This document shows, one piece after another, positions 60,163-64,000 of a stretch of DNA of 64,000 nt. Source of the stretch: Macrostomum lignano (Eukaryota); the NCBI GenBank assembly GCA_002269645.1, contig NIVC01001079.1, forward strand, positions 186,001 through 250,000, written 5' to 3'. The notes under the pieces are model-generated. The model saw only the letters and a program-made list of their open reading frames with translations, searched no databases and was not told where the DNA came from. Every line of letters begins with the position of its first letter. The first letter of the stretch is position 1. Made by a program: the position numbers and the translations under genes.

Positions 60163-60712
60163 CAGGGTGTCCCATAAGTAACTTTACAACTTGTTTCGTG
60201 AATAACTTTGTGATTAATGCTTGGATCCCCACCAGAGTTTAGCATAAGAAAATATATAGAAAAGGGATTTTTTGACACCAAAAGCATGTTCATACGTTGA
60301 TATTTTATTATTCAAATGGTAATTTTAAAAAATACCAGATCCAATCAGATTTCTCCTGACCTAACGCCCTTGGATTACTGGTTATGGGGCGATCTGAAGC
60401 AGAGAGTCTACGCAACGCAGCCGCGCACAATCGATGAGCTCCGACAGAGGATCTCAGACGAAGTGGCCCAGATTTCGCCTGAGACGCTTACCAAAGCCCT
60501 GCTGGACTTTCCGCGGCGGCTGGAGGCCTGCCTTAAAAACGCCACATCGAAGGACCCTGAACGGACTGTATTTTTTAACGTATGAACATGCTTTTGGTGT
60601 CAAAAAATCCCTTTTCTATACATTTTCTTATGCTAAAATCTGGTGGGGATCCAAGCATTAATCACAAAGTTATTCACGAAACAAGTTGTAAAGTTACTTA
60701 TGGGACACCCTG
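60163..60712 (+). mobile_element. Internally deleted IS630-Tc1-mariner element (550 bp) with ~137-bp TIRs and a transposase C-terminal remnant
   Basis: TA|cagggtgtcccataagtaac...gttacttatgggacaccctg|TA. The interior reads SPDLTPLDYWLWGDLKQRVYATQPRTIDELRQRI..FPRRLEAC. Confidence 0.95.
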
Positions 60713-62490
60713 TACATTCCGAGCAAATTGTTTCTGTCCAGTTCAAAAAAATCGAATCGTTTTTTTGCCTAAATCTGTCCAATTTTTCCTCACACTAAAT
60801 GAAAGTTTGTCTTTTCAACTTAACTCGTTACACTACCTAAGTTGTTGAAGTGCTTGTTTGTTTAATCAGTCTGTTGTTAAAGAGAATCTAACATTGAAAG
60901 TATATATTTTTGTGTCCTTTTTTCCGCCTGATAAAACACTGTTTTGACGCTGCTTTGTTTTGCCTATCGTCTGCAAACTAGCCGAGCTAACTCGTTTTGA
61001 ACAAAAATAAATAGCACCAATTTGAATGTACGCTTTTGTGCGCTAGAGATTAACAACATGCCTTAGTTATTGACCTCACCTACGGCATTCATTCGATTGC
61101 CTAAAGTTAGGCTAAATTTGCTAAAGAATTTGAATTAATTAAGTCAGTGAAGTCATGCTTTTTACAAAGGCAAAAATTAAATTCCTTTGCTGGCACAGTT
61201 TTTAATTAAAAAAAATAACTCCCGCCAAGCGATCCTCTACAGGTGAAAAACGCCTAGGCGTACAATTCCAAGCATTCGTCAGGCTAAAAGCTATGAAGCA
61301 TGATCATCTGAGCAGTTGGTCATCGCTAATCAAGATTAAAAAACCGAAAGAAGATATTTTATCAAGCCTAAGCCTTGAGATGATCTGGAACATAATCCCT
61401 TACTCCCACACAGCAGACAAGTTTGCATACGAGGAACAATGTTATTCAATTATTAAATTTTAATCAGCACATGACTTCAGGTCTTCAATTGTTTCACTAA
61501 TTAAATATTGCAATTACAAGTATCGGCTATCGCTATATACAACCCACTGATAAACGATATGTATCGATAGTAATTTTGGGCCACAATAAAAATCTATTAA
61601 AACATGCAATATTCAGTTAATAAATTAAGACAACAAGGCATTAAAATATAACTTATTTATGCAAAAAAAGAATTACGCCTGAAAATACTATTCAAGTAGA
61701 AATTGATTCTTTCAAAACGATTTTACAAGGTAGACAGACGTAAAGATGTTTATTAGAGGGGGTATTAACCTCAGATGTCAGGTATTTACTTGAGTGTTTT
61801 AGAAGGTTTCTAATTTTGGATGCCAAGGACTTCATCGCTTGTTGAGTTTCATATGGGTTTTTTAGCAAGAGTCTGGATGTAAGTCTTACAAGGGATGGTG
61901 GGACACAATGTCATTGAAAAAAAATTTGTATGAAAGCAAGCAGGAATGAACCGCCCGCATCCGCCCTAGCTTAATGGATTAAACTCGGATAAAAATACGG
62001 GTCCATCTAGCAATTCCAGATCCGCCCACCGTGTTTTTAAACATAGATTAAAAAATCGCATCTACGCTCCTACTCGCAAGCTTTTCTACAACAAAAATCC
62101 GACAACGAATTTTCATTTTTTCAGAGTCGTCTCAGAGTCAATTTGAGGCGTTTGATTGTCTGCTACTCTGAAACGACTCTGGTGCCGTAGAGTCACTGAG
62201 TTGCGTCTAAAGCGCATGTGTGTCACTTTATGAGCTATAAGAATCGCATATAGTAGAGCAAACCGCTAACACAAGGACTTTTAAAATGAGTTTTTCGTGT
62301 ATCTTTTCCGATTCTGCAATTCGCATGATGCACTCGTGACTCAACAGTCGCTAGAGTCAATAGTGAGCTGTTTGCAATGACTCTCTTTAGCGATTCTTGT
62401 ATTGCAAGTTTTTAGTGATCTAGACGGGTGTGGGATGAATCCAGAAATATGCATGGGATATTCCACAGACAAGTTAAAAGACGCCGAGGC

Positions 62491-62853
62491 TTAACCGGTT
62501 GCAGCAGAATCCGTCCCGGCCTGCTCCGGCCCCAGCTCCAGATCCAGCAGCATCTGGGCGAACGCTTTGCCTTGGGGATCGTAGCGAAGCGAGGCGACCC
62601 CGCCGCCGCCCAGTGACTGGTCCAACACGAAGTTCAACGCCCGCAGTCCGGGCAGCTCGTAGCGGTGCACCAGCTGCCGGTGGTCGCGGTCGGGCGGGAA
62701 GACATGCTTGAAAAAGTCGGCCACCGCGTCCGAGGTCAGGCGACGACGCAGTAGGGGGTAGAACTCAGGACGTCTGGCCAGCACGCCGATGTTGCAGGCG
62801 TCGCCTTTGTCACCGCTGCGAGCGACCGCTAAGTCGATGAGGCGGCAAGGCAG
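62491..62853 (-). CDS. Last exon of an AtuA/DUF1446-like (acyclic terpene utilisation) protein, C-terminal domain
   Basis: Acceptor atcccag|62853. LIDLAVARSGDKGDACNIGVLAR...RYELPGLRALNFVLDQSLGGGGVASLRYDPQGKAFAQMLL carries the AtuA C-terminal signature. Upstream exons lie beyond the window. Confidence 0.85.
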   Translation of the reverse strand: MPCRLIDLAVARSGDKGDACNIGVLARRPEFYPLLRRRLTSDAVADFFKHVFPPDRDHRQLVHRYELPGLRALNFVLDQSLGGGGVASLRYDPQGKAFAQMLLDLELGPEQAGTDSAATG

Positions 62854-62999
62854 CTGGGATAGATAGAGATGGTGTAGAATTTAACATACAATTATTAAGA
62901 TTAAGGTAAAACTTTCGGGACGCTCAGGGAAGCATAGAGTTTGAAAAGGATGTGTTGAGGGGAAGGATGAGATTTTGAGAAGAATGGTATTTATATAAA

Positions 63000-64000
63000 A
63001 ATGGAATCTGGGGCGGACGAGATTTTTAGAGACGGATGGGATTTGGGAATGGATGGGATTTAGAGACGGGTGGGATTTGAGAATGGATGGGATTTAGAGA
63101 CGGAGGGATTTGGGAATGGATGGGATTTAGAGACGGATGGGATTTGGGAATGGATGGGATTTAGAGACGGATGGGATTTGGAGACGGATGGGATTTGGGA
63201 ATAGATAGGATTTGGAGACGGATGGGATTTGGGATGGATGAGAGTTGGGGACGGATGGAATTTGGGGATAAAATAGATTTTTAGGACGGATGAGATTTGG
63301 GGACAAAAGGGATTTGGGACGGATGGGATTTAATGACGGGTGGGATTTGGGGATGAATGAGATTTAGAGATGGATGGGATATGGAGACAGTTGGGATTTG
63401 GGTATAGATGGTATTTTAGGAGGGATGGGATTTGGGGGACTGATGGGAGTTTAGGATGGATAAGATTTGGGGGACTGATGGGAGTTTAGGATGGATAAGA
63501 TTTGGGGATGGATGGGATTTGTGGGGCGGATGGGATTTGGGGACGGATGGGAGTTTAGGACGGATAAGATTTGGGGATTAATTGGATTTGTGGAGCGGAT
63601 GGGATTTGGGAACGGATGGGATTCAGGTACGGATGGGATTTGGGGACGGATGGGATCTCAGGACGGATGGGATTTCAGCACGGATGGGATTTGGGGACCG
63701 ATGGGATTCGGAGACGGATGGGATTTGGGGACCGATGGGATTCGGAGACGGATGGGATTTGGGGACCGATGGGATTCGGAGACGGATGGGACTAAGGAAC
63801 GGATGGGACTAAGGAACGGATGGGATTTGGGACGGATGGGATCTCAGGACGGATGGGATTTCAGCACGGATGGGATTTGGGGACCGATGGGATTCGGAGA
63901 CGAATGAGACTAGGAAACGGATGGGATTTGGGGACGGATAGGATTTCAGCACGGATGGGATTTCAGGACGGATGGGATTTGGGGACGGATGGGATTTCAG
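63000..64000. repeat. Degenerate G-rich minisatellite (gacggatgggatttgg), intronic, running off the window
   Basis: Directly visible ~19-20-bp units. Confidence 0.9.

Overview
This is eukaryotic, animal-type genomic DNA: GT-AG introns, GC-rich exons in AT-rich spacers, and abundant micro/minisatellites. The style resembles a free-living flatworm such as Macrostomum, which is an unverified inference. Genes supported by sequence: (1) an intronless minus-strand gene for a secreted protein with about 10 Cys-rich GCC2/GCC3 (ephrin-receptor-like) repeats fused to a bacterial-type VanY/M15B Zn D-Ala-D-Ala carboxypeptidase domain. All catalytic motifs are intact, but the repeat stalk has one 2-nt frameshift and two in-frame stops. 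(2) A multi-exon NWD2-like DUF4062-NACHT-WD40 STAND gene with an 18x Gln-rich/LxxLL N-terminal array and a CaaX-like tail behind a 1-nt frameshift. (3) A 5-exon, highly charged low-complexity gene. (4) A BTB/POZ gene. (5) An intronless ELAV/Hu gene. (6) A 4-exon MRPL44. (7) An intronless rhodopsin-like GPCR. (8) The last exon of an AtuA/DUF1446-like gene. Degenerate remnants include a LINE RT fragment, a glycine-zipper-like gene and a KDM3-type JmjC fragment. Mobile DNA includes a MITE pair, a 1.2-kb PIF/Harbinger-type foldback with TAA TSD, an 8-bp-TSD element seen at both filled and empty sites, and a deleted Tc1/mariner. The best candidate for an undescribed system is the Cys-rich-repeat/peptidoglycan-peptidase fusion at 2932-5234. 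Second is an intronic minisatellite that arrays about 27 CRE+CCAAT units. Family assignments come from motif recall, not database searches.
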